From NCBI GenBank assembly GCA_032718475.1, contig JAUCBJ010002592.1, forward strand, positions 1 to 49,495: 49,495 nt of DNA. The letters run 5' to 3'. Origin of the DNA: Nemertoderma westbladi. Its lineage: Eukaryota > Animalia > Xenacoelomorpha. Below, piece by piece: positions 48,185-49,495 of the stretch (the stretch's first letter is position 1; each line of letters opens with the position of its first letter). The position numbers and the translations under genes are program-made. The notes under the pieces are model-generated. The model made no database searches, was not told the DNA's origin, and saw only the letters and a program-made list of their open reading frames with translations.

Positions 48185-48755
48185 AGGTTCACAATTGAGA
48201 CATAAGAGATAAGCGATAAATATAAGCGATAAGAAGTAAGCGATAAGAGATAAGCTATAAGGAATATGCTTTTGGTGATAAGTGCTTGCTGCTATTCTCA
48301 TATCGCTTTATTGTTCACAATATAGTAAAGTCCACCTATGCAAAATGATTATTTATTATTTACTTTATTTTACTGTATTATTATAACAATTCTATTATTA
48401 TTTTATTTTAGTATTCAGAAATCTTATTGGATGTTATTTATTCTATATCTTTCTATTCAATTCAAAATAGAACAGTTTTTATTACACATATGTCAGTACG
48501 CCGCAAGCATAGGTTTGATTTTGACGCATTCTATAATTACATCAGCTTATCGCTTATTTCTTATCGCCAGTTGTGAACGCATCAGCTTATCGCTTATTTC
48601 TTATCGCCAGTTGTGGACGCATCAGCTTATCGCTTATTTCTTATCGCCAGTTGTGAGTTGTCAGCTTATCTATTATCCCGATTGTGAACGCTTCGGCTTA
48701 TTGCTTTTCTCTTATCGCATGTTTCTTATCGCTTATCGCTACATTGTGAATTCGC
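48185..48755. mobile_element. MITE-like element with GATAAG-rich inverted arms
   Basis: TTCACAAT..GATAAGCGATAA repeats (48188-48262) are inverted to CTTATCGCTTAT..ATTGTGAA (48540-48750). ~39-bp tandem repeats in the right arm. Confidence 0.55.
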
Positions 48756-49495
48756 TACATTAGGTAAGTACAGGGGCCGTATGCTTAGTTCGTACTAGGG
48801 GTAATTACTAGGGTAGTTCATTCTTCATACTATGGTAGTTTGAACTAGTTAATATGCTCAGTCACTGACTGTGTAGTTTGAACTATAGTTTGAACTAGAG
48901 TTCATGCTTCTTTTGCTTAGCAAGCACATTAGTAGACTACCTAAGCTAGTTTGGTCGAATTTATCTGAAAAATGGCAGCTTTTTCTTGATTTAAATGAGA
49001 CGTATAACTATCTACAAACAATAATTGTTAAACAAGCGCGATCAGGAGCGTGTTATTACTGCTGCACTGCTGCTAACCACAAATTGCTTCTCACCGCTGG
49101 ATGGTGCTAACCTGGCCGTCCGCTAATATGTTTTAATAATTTTATACGGCTCCTACAAAATCGCTTGCTCCTTTCTCTACCGATCGCTCGACAAAGAGCA
49201 AACTGTTCGAATCTATGAGCCACGCGGGAATAACCAAGACAATAAACCCGAATCGGCCCCTTAAGCTACTTAAAACGAGTGTGGGGGAGGTTTACACTCA
49301 GCGTGTTCACTTATCGCAATACTGGAATTCACTAATGCACTGGCCGGTCAGGTCAGGTATTCTAGGTCATTGATCAAGAAAACTTGCCACCTCCATGCAG
49401 CATAAAGGAGGTGCCACCTGTAGCTGCATAGACCCTCTTACTAGTGAAAATCTGGTCCTGTAACTAGGACCCCCTTCGTTCTGGTATAAGGATGC

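Noticed and set aside
48338-48763. 141-aa hydrophobic ORF
   Set aside because: Arises from AT-rich and repeated MITE sequence.

Overview
AT-rich eukaryotic DNA, probably from an invertebrate animal, made almost entirely of nested transposable elements plus one intact non-TE-looking gene. From left to right: (1) a degraded Bel/Pao pol split by a deleted Gypsy element (1.5-5.4 kb). (2) A CRE-clade RLE retrotransposon with an N-terminal Ulp1 SUMO-protease domain (6.1-19.2 kb, minus strand). It is split by a MULE-like foldback element (9-bp TSD) that contains a full EnSpm/CACTA element (CACTG ends, TA TSD, transposase plus SAMD3-like ORF2), which in turn holds a LINE endonuclease fragment. (3) A second CRE 3' fragment. 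(4) An IS3EU-type DNA transposon (TATG..CATA, 6-bp TSD GGCGGC) carrying a HECT-like ORF. (5) A young non-autonomous Bel/Pao LTR element (1.27-kb LTRs, TSD CAATC) with gag-protease only, no canonical PBS and an extra 3' ORF. (6) A 2.7-kb near-perfect palindrome with Maverick/Polinton-type AGTAGT termini and 6-bp TSD TATCAG, with CTCF-like motifs and tRNA-like units in its arms. (7) An RTE 3' fragment. (8) A 55-bp hairpin-forming satellite just downstream of an intronless 927-aa gene with Q/P/H-rich 40-aa repeats and four cold-shock-like domains. The best candidates for something new are the TIR-only palindromic mini-Maverick and the multi-CSD gene with its hairpin array. All calls were made by eye, with no searches run.
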